NCBI GenBank assembly: GCA_951406725.2
Contig: OX597817.1
Coordinates: 156,922,001 to 156,986,000, forward strand
DNA length: 64,000 nt
Direction: 5' to 3'
Origin: Octopus vulgaris
Lineage: Eukaryota
Under the pieces are notes generated by a model that was not told the origin of the DNA, did not search any database, and saw nothing but the letters and a program-made list of their open reading frames with translations. Below are positions 1 through 13,100 of this stretch, piece by piece (positions within the stretch are counted from its first letter, which is position 1; every line of letters starts with the position of its first letter). Made by a program: the position numbers and the translations under genes.

Positions 1-115
1 AAAATTAATATCTGCTTCTCTGCCTTAAAATTAATATCTGCTTCTCTGCCTTAAAATTGATATCTGCTTCTCTGCCTTAAAATTAATATCTGCTTCTCTG
101 CCTTAAAATTAATAT
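1..115. repeat. 26-bp minisatellite, about 4.4 copies (runs off the window start)
   Basis: Unit AAAATTAATATCTGCTTCTCTGCCTT repeated with almost no variation. Confidence 0.95.
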
Positions 116-1216
116 CATAACTGTAAATATCTAATATCTGTTGTCCCTACATGTAGGATTAACAGTAGAAGACAGTGAGGTGGTAATTGTGGCAGATGTT
201 TTATAATAATCTAATTTATGACTATTAATACAGGTGTGTTGTGAGAGAGAGAGAGAGATCACTTTGCTGCATGTAAAGAGAACACATAAATCTCTGTATT
301 CTGTTGTGCAAATAAATTTCCATGTGACACTAACTTTACATTAGGTTGTTGTTTAGCTCCCGGTCAGCCATGATTCAGCAGACATATGATCACAGGCTCT
401 CTAGCCTTGACCACCCTGTCTTTTTTTTTTTCTTTGAGATATAATTTAACAAGGGCTGTATTATCAAATGTATCCTTCTGGGTGATCAATTAGGCTCAAT
501 AACTTTATGGTTAGATAATGCAGTTGAATCTTCTTACTCAACTCATTTACTAATGTTACCAGGAATGTGGATTAAGCAAATCCAAAGGCCCAGAAAGCAT
601 TAAAAATAATTACATTAGCTATCAAGCTGTTGGACTGATAACCAAATGAATGTTGATTTGATTATAAAAGGGTAATTAGCTATGAAGTTACTTTATCAAT
701 GAATAGGGAATTGTGGACCAAATCTCTCTTTCTCTCTCTCCACCCATGCTAGCATGGAAAATGGACATTAAACGATAATGATATATATGTGTGTGTGTGT
801 ATATCTCTTATTATAAAAGGCAGATTTTATCTGCCTCCCTTTGGGAGTTATACAAATCTACAATATAGGATTTCTTCAATTACAATTTACCTACCATTTT
901 TGAGAGTACAATGCATCGCGTCATGCCAGGTCCAGTTTTTAAAATTTAAACTCCAATTAAGCAAAATTTACAGAAAACTCACATTCTGGTGTGTGTGTCA
1001 AATGCTTTTCTTAGTCTGGTTTACACCACACGCAAACGCACACACACAGTGGGCAACGAATAAAATGAAAGTAAATAGCGACAGTGATTTGAGGAAGACT
1101 AAAGTGAAAGTATTCTGTCTATGACGCTGATAGACACATGAGTAAAATGTATGGGAAGCTAAGAGCTAAGAGTGAGTGAAAATGTTCTTGGAAGAGAGTA
1201 ATTAGTAATAAAGTAA

Positions 1217-1292
1217 ACATACACTCATACATACATACATACATACATACATACATACATACATACATACATACATACATACATACATACAT

Positions 1293-1323
<31 letters not shown>

Positions 1324-1544
1324 TACACACACACATACATACACACACATACATACACACATACATACATACATACATATACATACATACATACATATAC
1401 ATACATACATACACACACACACATACACACACACACAGTATTGAAGCTTGAGAACAATCAGATACATTTGCAACACATCTGTTGAAAATATTATTGTTCA
1501 CACACATACATATACATATATACATACAGACAGACAGACAGATA

Positions 1545-1587
<43 letters not shown>
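1217..1587. repeat. (TACA)n/(CA)n microsatellite complex
   Basis: Direct inspection. Confidence 0.95.
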
Positions 1588-1590
<3 letters not shown>

Positions 1591-1639
1591 ATCCAGCATG
1601 GCCACAACCTCAAGGCTGAAACATATAAAAGAATAACAG

Positions 1640-2005
1640 AATATAAATGTGTGCAAAGTACAAGAAATATTAATGCAGTATATGGGGATTGGACAATAAG
1701 CGTAAGGCAGTGTCAATGGTGGTTCCAGAAATCCCGAGCCATAAACTACAGCCTAGAAGACGAGCCTCATCCTGAAAGATCTGTAGAACTCGACAAGGAC
1801 ATCCTGAAAACCCTGGTGGAACAAAATATCATCGTAACTGTTGAGGAACTAGCAGAGAAGCTTGGATTTGGTCATTCAACCATTCATTGACACCTGTGTG
1901 CTATCGGAAAAGTCAGCAAATTGGGTCAATGGGTTCCTCACGAACTTTCCGAGTCTAATTGCATGCAGAGAGTGAATGTATGCTTTTCTTTGCTGTCATA
2001 TCTCA
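1640..2005 (+). mobile_element. Mariner transposase N-terminal remnant
   Basis: RQCQWWFQK...SLEDEP...TVEELAEKLGFGHSTIH*HL.AIGKVSKLGQWVPHEL; WVPHEL is the mariner linker motif; in-frame stop. Confidence 0.88.
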
Positions 2006-2025
2006 CCACTACTGCGCTATGTATA

Positions 2026-2661
2026 TCTATATATATAAAACTGTAGTTGTGTGAGTGTCTGTCCCCTTCGATTTAGATTCCTAACTACTCCCACATTTTG
2101 CGGTACAGTTTAACCAAATTCGGGTAGCTTATAGTCGTGATTCATATCGAGCCCGTCTGAATATTAGCGCGCGTCTACGATGAGTCTACGATTTTAAAAA
2201 TAATTTAACATCATTTTTTATTCCATTTTAATGCATAATTTTTCGTGTGTCAATGGCGGCGGAGTTGGCGTCCACGCTCACACCTGCACCTGTGGGGAAG
2301 GGAGTCTAAGGAAATCAACGTCGTAATGTGTTGTCAAGGAGACCAGTGTTCTTTTAGAACAACGACTTCATGGCTTGAAGACACCAAAACAGAAATGGCT
2401 AAGAAAGCGTCTACATGAGTCTACGATTTAAAAAAAAAATTACCATCGTTTTTTTTCCATTTTAATGCATTTTTTCGCTATTATATAAGGGAAGTAACTC
2501 TCTAAAAATGTCTACGATGAGTCAACGATTTTTAAAAAATTTACCATCATATTTTTTCCATTTTTAATGCATTTTTTGCTATTTTTTGGCTATAACTCTC
2601 TAAAAATGCTTATATAGTTATTTCCCTTACAAACCCGAGCAACGCCGGGCGATACTGCTAG
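2026..2661 (+). mobile_element. Non-autonomous Helitron-like element, family H1
   Basis: Starts TC, ends CTAG with a GC-rich subterminal hairpin (cccgagcaacgccggg), sits between A and T with no TSD; related copies at 30386-30781 and 63328-63548. Confidence 0.8.
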
Positions 2662-2900
2662 TATATATATATGAATAGATAAATAAATGGAGTTGAACGA
2701 AGATGTTAATAAAATTCCTTTACTTTCAATATATGTTTGAAGACAACATGGTTTTATTCCAAAGGAATAAACGGTGTAAGATGTTTTATAATAATCTAAA
2801 TTATGAATATTAATACATATATATATATATTTCATCACTTAACTATCCGTAGTTTAGAAATAAAATTCCTAAGTCAAACCCAATTCATTCACCCATCGAA

Positions 2901-2968
<68 letters not shown>

Positions 2969-2979
2969 TATATATGTAT

Positions 2980-3194
2980 ATGAGGGGGTGCTGAAAAGTT
3001 CATGGCTTTAAGGGTATCATGAAAGGCCTGGTTCGAAGCTCAACCTTCCAAGTTCTTTTACAGGGCTTTGAAAAGCCGAAGGACCTCTGTGATAAGTTTG
3101 TGAATCTGAGAAGGGAATATGTTGAATAAAATCATAATTAACTGGTCTTCCTGCATGTTATTTTTACCCCAAACCAGGAACTTTTCAGCCCATT

Positions 3195-3200
<6 letters not shown>
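2980..3200 (+). mobile_element. Mariner-derived MITE
   Basis: Imperfect TIRs (gctgaaaagttc.tgg / ccaggaacttttcagc) in TA context; interior resembles a mariner C-terminus ending GEYVE*. Confidence 0.65.
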
Positions 3201-3252
<52 letters not shown>

Positions 3253-3619
3253 ACAAAGTAAGATAGGGGTTATGGGTGTAACCCACTATGGGATAGCATT
3301 TATCCAATATACTGTTGGTAAATTACCCATATTCTTAATACATAAATGTTTTTAATTGCAATGCAATTAACTTATTTATTGTATTAACTGAGTGAAGGTA
3401 AAGAAATATTTTTACCGTAAATTTATAACACAAATAAGAAAATGGAGAAACAAATTTAGTTTCTTCATCAACTTTCGGATATTATAATGTTGGATTATTT
3501 ATTCATTTAACAAAATGAGAACCTTAATAGTATACATATATATCTTATAATTCAATACATATAAGATAAGAATACAAATTATAAAAGTCATAATATAAAT
3601 TATTGAAATCATTAAAATC

Positions 3620-3660
<41 letters not shown>

Positions 3661-3769
3661 ATATATATATATAGTTAATCCAAACAAAAAAACAAAAAAA
3701 CACAGCAACGCGAGGACGTGGAACAAATAAAGTATTATTGGACGCTCAGGAAAGAAGGGAAGAAGGAGG

Positions 3770-3804
3770 GTTTAACGTTTCGAGCGGAGCTCTTCGTCGG
3801 AAAC
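3770..3804 (-). ncRNA. Minimal type I hammerhead-ribozyme-like motif (U4C variant core)
   Basis: Minus strand reads GUUU-CCGACGA-A-GAGC(UCC)GCUC-GAAAC-GUU-AAAC; stems I and II pair and stem III is a short palindrome. Confidence 0.55.
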
Positions 3805-3831
3805 ATAGGAGAAGGAATATATATATATATA

Positions 3832-4002
3832 GGCGCAGGAGTGGCTGTGTGGTAAGTAGCTTGCTTACCAACCACATGGTTCCGGGTTCAGTCCCACTGC
3901 GTGGCATCTTGGGCAAGTGTCTTCTGCTATAGCCCCGGGCCGACCAATGCCTTGTGAGTGGATTTGGTAGATGGAAACAGAAAGAAGCCTGTCGTATATA
4001 TG

Positions 4003-4035
<33 letters not shown>

Positions 4036-4250
4036 ATATGTTTGTGTGTCTGTGTTTGTCCCCCTAGCATTGCTTGACAACCGGTGCTGGTGTGTTTACG
4101 TCCCCGTCACTTCGCTGTTCGGCAAAAGAGACTGATAGAATAAGTACTGGGCTTACAAAGAATAAGTCCTGGGGTCAATTTGCTCGACTAAAGGCGGTGC
4201 TCCAGCATGGCCGCAGTCAAATGACTGAAACAAGTTAAAGAGTAAAAGAG
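3832..4250 (+). mobile_element. tRNA-derived SINE family A, full copy with internal (TA)/(TG) microsatellite
   Basis: A box TGGCTGTGTGG, B box GGTTCAGTCC, CORE-like CTTGGGCAAGT, (AGTAAAAG)n tail. Other copies or fragments near 6749-6930(-), 15071-15497, 17432-17804, 18980-19375, 20053-20473(-), 21246-21685, 29485-29890, 34882-35288 and 60110-60510. Confidence 0.92.
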
Positions 4251-4597
4251 TATATGTACACACACACACTCGAACACATGTATATATAATGACAAACCCT
4301 CCCTTCAAAGACATTGTAAGTGTTCAATGAGAAGGCAGAAAGAAAAAAAGAAACCCCAGCCAAATAAACAATGAAGAACACACATTACTACCATTCCCCA
4401 ATGTTTACGATTCATTCACTTCACCTGGTGACCCCTCATGTGAGTCTCCAGGCCACCAAAAGCAGCATGGATGAGCATGACTTATTAAGCCAGCACATGA
4501 CTTATCTCAGAAATCACAATGTAGACAATGGTGCTTTGTGGGAAGACTGTTGGTCTTCTTGGTTTCTTTTTCTTGTTTTCCCATAACTACTCTTATA

Positions 4598-5139
4598 CAG
4601 GGTCAGGCAAAATGATCTGACACATTTGTAGGTTAAATAAAAGGCAAATGAAGTAAAGAAACAAAAAAGTGTTTTTATTTTTGAAAAGTACATATAATGC
4701 CATTTTGTTTCATTATGTTTTAAAAATTAGATCAGTCAAATGGGATCCATTATTGTCCACACACTGTCGAAGGCGTTCACGAAAGTTGTCAATAACTCGG
4801 CGGGTCATTTCATGTGGAATGGCAGTAATTTCTTGACGAATTGCATCTTTAAGTTGTTCAATAGATCGAGGGCGATTAATGTATACCTTTGACTTGAGGT
4901 ATCCCCAGAGAAAAAAAATCGCATGAAATGACCCGCCGAGTTATTGACAACTTTCATGAACGCCTTCGACAGTGTGTGGACAATAATAGATCCCATTTGA
5001 CTGATCTAATTTTTTAAAACATAATGAAACATAATGGCATTATATGTACTTTTCAAAAATAAAAACACTTTTTTGTTTCTTTACTTCATTTGCCTTTTAT
5101 TTAACCTACAAATGTGTCAGATCATTTTGCCTGACCCTG
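4598..5139. mobile_element. Fold-back Tc1/mariner-superfamily element made of two transposon 3' ends
   Basis: Near-perfect inverted arms 4598-4814 and 4922-5139, CAG...CTG termini flanked by TA; minus strand encodes LWGYLKSKVYINRPRSIEQLKDAIRQEITAIPHEMTRRVIDNFRERLRQCVDNNGSHLTDLIFKT*. Confidence 0.9.
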
Positions 5140-5410
5140 TATATTAAAATGATAAGAGTAGATATTAGACCTTGATCTTAGCCTAATTTAGTGATTTTTT
5201 GAATAATATTTATTATAGTATTTAAAAAGTTTTTCTATATGATATAAAGTCTTTCACTATTGAATTACTTAATAGAGGTTATTTCTCTTAATTATATATT
5301 GTGAAATTTGATTTGGAATTGCTAAATTGAATTTTTCCCTGTAAGTTTGGAATTATATTCCCTATTATTTTATTATTATTATTATTAGTATTATTAATAT
5401 TATAATAATA

Positions 5411-5467
<57 letters not shown>

Positions 5468-5764
5468 TCATCACTTAACTATCCGTAGTTTAGAAATAAA
5501 ATTCCTAAGTCAGACCCAGTCTTGGATTATAAGCATATCAGATGATGACTGGGGGTTGAGCTGCTCAAAACATAATGTAGATTATAAGGATATATGTATT
5601 ATAAATATACACTTTTAATGATGATGTTAATAGTGTTGAAAATCTTGACAGTACTTATCTACTTCTGTTAAGCATGATAATTACACTACATTTCCAATCT
5701 CTTTGAATTATATATATATAAATATATATATGATTTGTATATGAATTATATATATATATATATA

Positions 5765-6587
5765 CAGTGTGTGATGGGTAATTGTCGCCGTTTTATATTT
5801 TTAATTTCATGCATTATTTGTTTTTGATTCTGCTGACTGCACAGTATGTTAGGGTCAGTTGGGCACTGCATGTGAGAAAAACAGCATCATGATGCAATTC
5901 ACTCTGCCACAAATTTAGAAATGACATACTATACAGCTTGGCACATGTGCTGGAAACTCCAGTATGAACATTTCAGAGTGTTTAGGTGTCAATTTGAGGA
6001 CATGTACCGAGAGTGATAAAAATCAAACATCCAGTCAATATCATGGTGTTTGGAGTGATCTCTAATGATGGCAGTGCTATGTCTCCATTCATCTTCCCAC
6101 ATGGCCTCAGACTTAGCACGGAGGCCTACATCATGTGTCTGGAGGAGGTAGTGCTGCGTTGGGTCAAGAGGGTGGCTACTGGAAGACTCTGTGTCTGGCA
6201 ACAGGACTCTGTACCATGCCACCCAAAAGGAAAACACAGTTATGGCTGTCAGGTAATTTCTGTGACCACATCACCCCTAACATCAGGCCACTTAACTCCT
6301 GAGACTGCAACCCCCTTGGTTATTATGAGAGATCAAGAAAACTCTTTGTAACACCAAAGATGAACTGAAGACAAGGATTATGACCACATTTACCAACTTA
6401 AACAAGGAGACCATCCAGAAGAGTTGCAAGAGATTCTGAAGTCGTCTGGAAACCATAGTTGAAGCCAATGGCGATTTTATTGAATAAATTTACTCTTTAG
6501 AATTTCAAGATATTTTTATATAATTTTGGTAAATATATCTGTTAAAATGAGATATCAGTGTTATTTTCATTTATTCACTGCACCCAG
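5765..6587 (+). mobile_element. Internally deleted Tc1/mariner element (maT/DD37D-like)
   Basis: TA-flanked imperfect TIRs; KHPVNIMVFGVIS.DG..MSPFIFPHGLRL...WQQDSVPCH followed by a degenerate NSPDCNPL motif; second copy at 46442-47265. Confidence 0.85.
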
Positions 6588-6619
6588 TATATACATACAT
6601 ACATACATACACACACACC

Positions 6620-6692
<73 letters not shown>

Positions 6693-6927
6693 CCCTCTCT
6701 CTCTTTCGGAGAGGCACAAGCACCTACACACACATATATACACACACGACAGTTACTTCCGCCTACCAAATTCAATCACAAAGCTTCGGTCGGCCCGGAG
6801 CTATAGCAGAAGACACTTGCCCAAAGTGCCCCGCGGTGGGACTGAACCCAAAATCATGTAGCTAGGAAGCAAGCTCCCTAACCACACAGCCATGCCTGGG
6901 CCTACTTACCATACAGCCACTCCTACG

Positions 6928-6974
<47 letters not shown>

Positions 6975-9178
6975 CATGAATTATATATAAATCATAAATG
7001 CTCTATATATATATAAACACCTCCTACCTTCCTGTGATTGGTCTAACTGGTGTTTGACTCCACCCTTTTTTTCCTGCATATCAGTGAGTCTCTATATGAT
7101 TGCTCAACCTGATAGAAATAGGAAAGGGTTACATTGGATAATGTAGTCCTAGATATACCCCTCTGAAAAAAAGCTATATGATCGTGATTGGAATGTTTAC
7201 AATCACCAATCTGTTTGGTCAAGGGTTGTTGACCTGATATTTAACAACATCATATTAAGTCTGCTACATTGAACATTATAACATATTACTAAAAGCTCAT
7301 TACATCCTGATTCTTATTAAACATCATTACTCGTCCGCTCCTTTCCCAATCCCCATGGCCTCACCATTGACTTAATGTTTATTACACGCAGAGACTAAAA
7401 AGTGGAAGTAGAGTAGCTGTTAAAATAATGAGGTATATTTCTTTGAAGGTAGGTTACATTTCTAGAATTCGGAGACTGTAGCTGGGTCGGGTTGCTTATG
7501 AGAAGGGGACATGCAGGAAGCTGATTGGCTGAATTGGTTGACACATCTACACTGTTTTCTTGATATTCGAACATAACTCATCAGTGTGTGTGTCACACAA
7601 ACTTCACCAGTTATATTGTATTACATAATACCATTACACCCACCAGTTCTAGTATGCTATCCTGTCCCCTAAGGGCTTATATCTGATTATTCTGGCAGAT
7701 ATTCCTCTTGGAACACTTACTCTTTGCATGCAATATACATTAAATCAGGGTTTCTCACAGTGGTGAGACTGTGATGATTGAAAAGGGGCGGGCAAATTGC
7801 TGTGTTTGACAAAAATAAAGAAAATGTTAAACTTTTTAAGCTTGCTCAACGCCAAATCAGACAAGAGAGAAGAATATGGTTGCAAGCACTCTTCGGCTGT
7901 CTCGCAAATGGGGTGGGGTTGGGTTTTGAGCGGTAGGTAAAATTTCCAGCAATTTTGGGGTGGGGCTGTTACTTGTCGTTTTGAGGACTGCTGAATTAAA
8001 TTATAATATCTCTGAAACGATCTTTTTTATTGTATTCTAATTAACACGAGTGAGTTTAAAATTAATTGAAATAAAGGAGAAGGAATAACATTAGAATAGG
8101 AGGATGGTTGTTTACGTCATCATCATCATCATCATGATCATTTAATGTCTGTCTTCCATGCTGGCATGTGTTGGACAGTTTAACAGGAGCTGACATGCCT
8201 AGGAATTGCACCAGGCTCCATTGTCTGCCTTGGCATGTTTTCTATGGCTGGATGCCCTTCCTAACACCAACCACTTTATGAAGTGTACTGGATGTTTAGG
8301 GTCGCTAAGTAACTTGCAAAATGAAGACCTCTTAGCTGGATGAGGGATTGGAAGTGGCTTTGTGCCAGGTGAGAGGTTGAAGTATAACAGAGGGATGGAA
8401 GTAAGTGCCTTATTGTACAGGAGATATTTGGCTGCACACGTTGGAAAAGAGATAAGAAGGAGAGATAGAGTTGGAGAGAAAGATAGAGAGACAGCCAGAG
8501 TGAGAGAGAGAGAGAGAGAGAGGGGGAAACAGATTGTGTTGGAGATCATCAGGACCTATGGACAGGGAACAGTGGAGGGTGTATAATTGGTTCAGAGGGG
8601 ATATTCCATAGGGGTGTGAAGGGAGATGATTAGAGATGGAGAAGAGGCGACTGTAACAATAGTGATAATGTAGTATGGAGAGGATTATCATATATTTTTT
8701 ACTTGTTTCAAGCATTAGAGTATGGCCATGCTGGGGTACTGCCTTGATGAATTTATTTTTGTTGAGGACATAATTTCTTTTATTCTGATGCCACAATAAA
8801 ATGCATCCAATTCACTCTGTAGAGTGTTTAGTGTTAGGAAGGGCATCCAGCTGTAAAAACCACACTCAAAATGGACCATCCACATGAGATGTGATCTTCT
8901 GAGTTACCTAGGAGGGCAGTAACTCCAAATGACCAACCCATACCAATGTGGATAGTAGACCTAAAACGATGATGGTAGTTTCAGAAAGTGGAGTAGTGTC
9001 TGTTACAATTTCAGGCTATTCTTTCAACATTCTTTTATATGATTTAGTCTCAGGAGGCAGGTAGTACAATGGCCATAAGCTTTCAATATCCTCATAAATT
9101 GCAATGTAGGCAGAGCTGAGGAAAGGTAATTGTTAGTGGAGACATAGGCCAGAAAGGGTTCTCGTTGGATGCAATTAT

Positions 9179-9561
9179 GGAAGCACTCCGTCGATTACGA
9201 CGACGAGGGTTCCGGTTGATCCGACCAACGGAACAGCCTGCTCGTGAAATTAACGTGTAAGTGGCTGAGCACTCCACAGACACGTGTACCCTTAACGCAG
9301 TTCTCGGGGATATTCAGCGTGACACAGAGAGTGACAAGGCCGGCCCTTTGAAATACAGGTACAACAGAAACAGGAAGTAAGAGTGAGAGAAAGTTGTGGT
9401 GAAAGAGTACAGCAGGGATCACCACCATCCCCTGCCGGAGCCTCATGGAGCTTTAGGTGTTTTCGCTCAATAAACACTCACAACGCCTGGTCTGGGAATC
9501 GAAACCGCGATCCTACGACCGCGAGTCCGCTGCCCTAACCACTGGGCCATTGCGCCTCCAC
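9179..9561 (-). mobile_element. tRNA-derived SINE family C (tRNA-Arg-like head), full copy with 12-bp TSD
   Basis: Head GGAGGCGCAATGGCCCAGTGGTTAGGGCAGCGGACTCGCGG...GGTTTCGATTCCC; TSD GGATGCAATTAT; near-identical copies at 25435-25816 and 59595-59969, and a variant-tailed copy at about 55493-55785(-). Confidence 0.92.
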
Positions 9562-10055
9562 GGATGCAATTATAAGTAAGAAAGGAGTGAGTAATTGCTT
9601 AATCTATGTCTAGAACAGTGATGACAAACCTGACATGCTTGTCAGCAGTGACACAGTACTGGGTTTTAGGTGACATGATGGACTTTGAAAAAACTCCCTG
9701 CAATATCATGTCATAAAAAGCTTATTAGACTTTCAGGCTGATACGGATTGAATATGATAACTAATCGTGTTTGTGTGCGTATAATGAATTTAAAATAAAT
9801 TAAAGTACATGTAATTACATGGATGTATTGGCAAACAAATTCAGACAACTATCAAAAATTAGTCGATATGTGCACATATAATTAACTTCAAAAGATATAT
9901 AAATTAACTGCAAAAGATATATATGTGTGTGTGTGTGTGTGTGTATACATATTATATCACTAGTGTTGTCATGGTGACTGTGAGGTCATAACACCTACCT
10001 AAGACTTCTATGTTTCAGCATCGCAGAAGAAAACATTACTTCTCTCTCTCTCTCT

Positions 10056-10058
<3 letters not shown>

Positions 10059-10128
<70 letters not shown>

Positions 10129-10491
10129 GTATATATATATGTATATATATATGTATATATATATGTATATGTATATATATGTATATGTATATGTATATAT
10201 ATGTATATATATATGTATATGTATATGTATATATATATATATATGTATATGTATATGTATATATATGTATATGTATATATATATGTATATGTATATATAT
10301 ATGTATATGTATATATATGTATATGTATATATATGTATATGTATATATATATATATCTATATGTATATATATGTATATGTATATATATGTATATGTATAT
10401 ATATATGTATATGTATATATATATGTATATGTATATATATATGTATATGTATATATATATGTATATGTATATATATATGTATATGTATATA

Positions 10492-10541
<50 letters not shown>

Positions 10542-10568
10542 TATGATGATGATGATGATGTATATATG

Positions 10569-10600
<32 letters not shown>
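10059..10600. repeat. Long (TA)n/(TATATG)n microsatellite
   Basis: Direct inspection; source of several spurious ORFs. Confidence 0.97.
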
Positions 10601-11130
10601 GTTTTCTGATATATGCACACACACACACACACATATATATATGTAGTTTTCTGATATGATGACATCACACACAAGTATGTGTGCATATATGCATCGCTAT
10701 ATGTGTGTAAGTTTATCAATTGCTTCCAATATGTCAGTGTCCTGGCTGTAACTAAGCTATATGGCTGCTGGTTTCTAATCTTCGCTATCAGACAGATGAC
10801 ACGCAAATGGTTTACGTAACTGTTGAAAGCTTCATTGATACTATAATGTTATTACCTTTTGACAAGAGTCAGGTCTGAACTTGGCACAAATAGCAAACTG
10901 ATAAGTGTCTTGCTTGTGCTGTACAACAAGGTCAACTTCCAAAATTGAAAGTCTCCTTATTGAGTGTCCCCTTCTTTCAATGTTTGCATATATAATTTTG
11001 TCTCTGGAGCTTTTACAGTACCCATAACCTTTCAATACCTTCCTCATAGACTGGAATGTAGGCAGAGCTGGGTATAGTAAATTGTTAGTGGGAGCATAGG
11101 CAGGAAGATGTTCTCGTTGGATGTAATTAT

Positions 11131-11531
11131 CCTTTCTACTATAGGCACAAGGCCTGAAATTCAAGGGAGAGGGATAGTTGATTTCATCAACCCCAGTGCA
11201 TAACTGGTACTTATTTCATTGACTACGATCAGATGAAAGGCAAAGTCAACCGCGGCAGAATTTGAATTCAGAACGTAGTGGCAGATGAAATACCTATTTC
11301 TTTACTACCCACAAGGGGCTAAACTCAGAGAGGATAAACAAGGACAGACAAACGGATTAAGTCAATTATATCGACCCCAGTGCATGACTGGTACTTATTT
11401 AATTGACCCCAAAAGGATGAAAGGCAAAGTCGACCTTAGCAGAATTTGAATTCAGAACGTAGCGGCAGACGAAATTCCGCTAAGCATTTTGCCTGGCGTG
11501 CTAATGATTCTGCCAGCTTGCTGCCTTTCTA
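11131..11531 (-). mobile_element. tRNA-derived SINE family B, dimer with 14-bp TSD
   Basis: Family motif GAGTTCAAATTC.GCC.AGGTC.ACTTTGCCTTTCATCCTTT.GGGGTC.AT.AAATAAGTACCAG; TSD TTGGATGTAATTAT; many further copies (e.g. 14860-15068, 18420-18620, 18682-18880, 27884-28275, 45528-45752, 54714-54944). Confidence 0.9.
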
Positions 11532-11959
11532 TTGGATGTAATTATAAGAAGGAAAGGATTGGGTAATTGCTTAATATATGGTCTAGAGTACTGGTGACAA
11601 ACCCATGACATGTTTGTCAGCGGTGACACACTACTGGTTTTTAGGTGACATGATGGACTTTGTGGAAAATTTGCCTGTGATATCATGTTATAAAAAGCTT
11701 ATCTGTAAGCATTTAAACAAAAATATATGTAAAGATGTAAGTGATACTTGAATAAGAGGAGCACTAAAGAAGTTTACATTTGGTACACTCTAAACAAGTT
11801 TGGAGCAAACTGTGGCCCTCAAGATTTCCTCAACGGCATGCCTAACAAAAACAAATTACCTTGAATTTTTTTAGTAGTGCAACCCACCGTTTGATAAGCT
11901 AAGTCTCATGCTGTCCACTTCTTGAAAAAATTGCCCAAGCCTGCTCTAGACCATCACTG

Positions 11960-13100
11960 TTCTAGAAGATGATAATGCATAAGAGACAGGAGAAATAAGA
12001 GGTTTAAGTAGGAATGGCTATACAATTATGGTGTTAGGAAGGGCATCCAGCTGCAGAAACTCTGCCAGATCAAGATTGGAGCCTGGTGCAGCCATCTGGT
12101 TCGCCAGCCCTCAGTCATTCGTCCAACCCATGCTAGCATGGAAAGCAGACGTTAAACAATGATGATGATGAGGATGAGAGGAACAGAAACCATTGTAGCA
12201 TCATCAGAAGGAAAGGCATGGCTACTCTGTGGTTAAAATACTTTGATAAGTAAACATTTGTCTATCAGGAAGATGGCTGTTTATTGTTGCAGTCCAGAAA
12301 TATAAGTGCTGAGTGGTGTGTCATTTCAGATGGGTGAGTGTTATTCCAGTGTTGGGAAAACTTGTGTCTTATATAAAGTCAGCTGTAGTTAGAAATAAAA
12401 TACTTTCTAACCCTGAAACAAATCGAAACCATCATGCAAGTTTAGTCTGTGTAGTATATGTGTGATAAAATTGGAGGACTCACTCTGAGGCAAAAGTACA
12501 GAGTTTTGCCTGACCAATAAAATCCATGTGGCTATGGTTCAGCTTGAATTTATGCCTGTTGATTGTACAGAAAAAAATAGGCTTGAAGAAGGTGGGTTTC
12601 TAGAATTGCAGTCCTGGGTGAAGTGATGGTCTGGGATTTTGCAAGTGAAACACAATTGCGATGATAAGAGGAAAAGGGGCAAGTAAACCAGATGAAGTTG
12701 GATGGATTACCTAACTAGATTAGAGGCATAGAGTCTGTTAGAGGGACAGTAAAAGAGATAAAGGTGGCACACAATGCTTGTTATAGTGTATCATTAAAGA
12801 CTTGCCAATCTGTAAGATAGCAGTTTTGGAGTTGCTGTTTCAGACATTTGATCAGTGCTCTAATGTGGGATACACTTGAGCTTTCCTTAATGGTAACAGT
12901 TATTTAGAGCTGAAGTATTTCTTGGCCTTTAAGGGAAGGCCTAGCTTTTCAAATGTTTGTTTTGACTATGTTCTAGATTTGTATGGTCACCATGAGAGGT
13001 CATCAAATATTGTGAGATCTAACTTTATAGAATTAGCGAACATTTTAGTTACAAGTTGTTCAGGGCAGAGAGGGAGCAGCATTGTGTCTCTTTGATACGA
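11960..13100 (-). mobile_element. Old, degraded CR1/L2-type LINE remnant (boundaries approximate)
   Basis: Minus strand near 12330-12380 reads LYKTQVFPTLE*HSPI, resembling the LYK.QI.P.LEY.S.IW motif after the RT domain. Confidence 0.45.

Noticed and set aside
7377-7448. Peptide VYYTQRLKSGSRVAVKIM resembling protein kinase subdomain II, with nearby AG and GT sites
   Set aside because: No glycine-rich loop upstream (in-frame stop) and no other kinase exons found; consistent with chance.
7555-7590. CUGAUGA on the minus strand (similar partial cores at 17898 and 33956)
   Set aside because: No convincing stem II or GAAA in register, so not called hammerheads.
10008-10806. Long ORFs of 140-208 aa (also those at 1119-1585, 30976-31414 and the N-terminal part of 33064-33834)
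   Set aside because: Translations of (TA)n, (TACA)n and (AGT)n microsatellites with no protein-like complexity.
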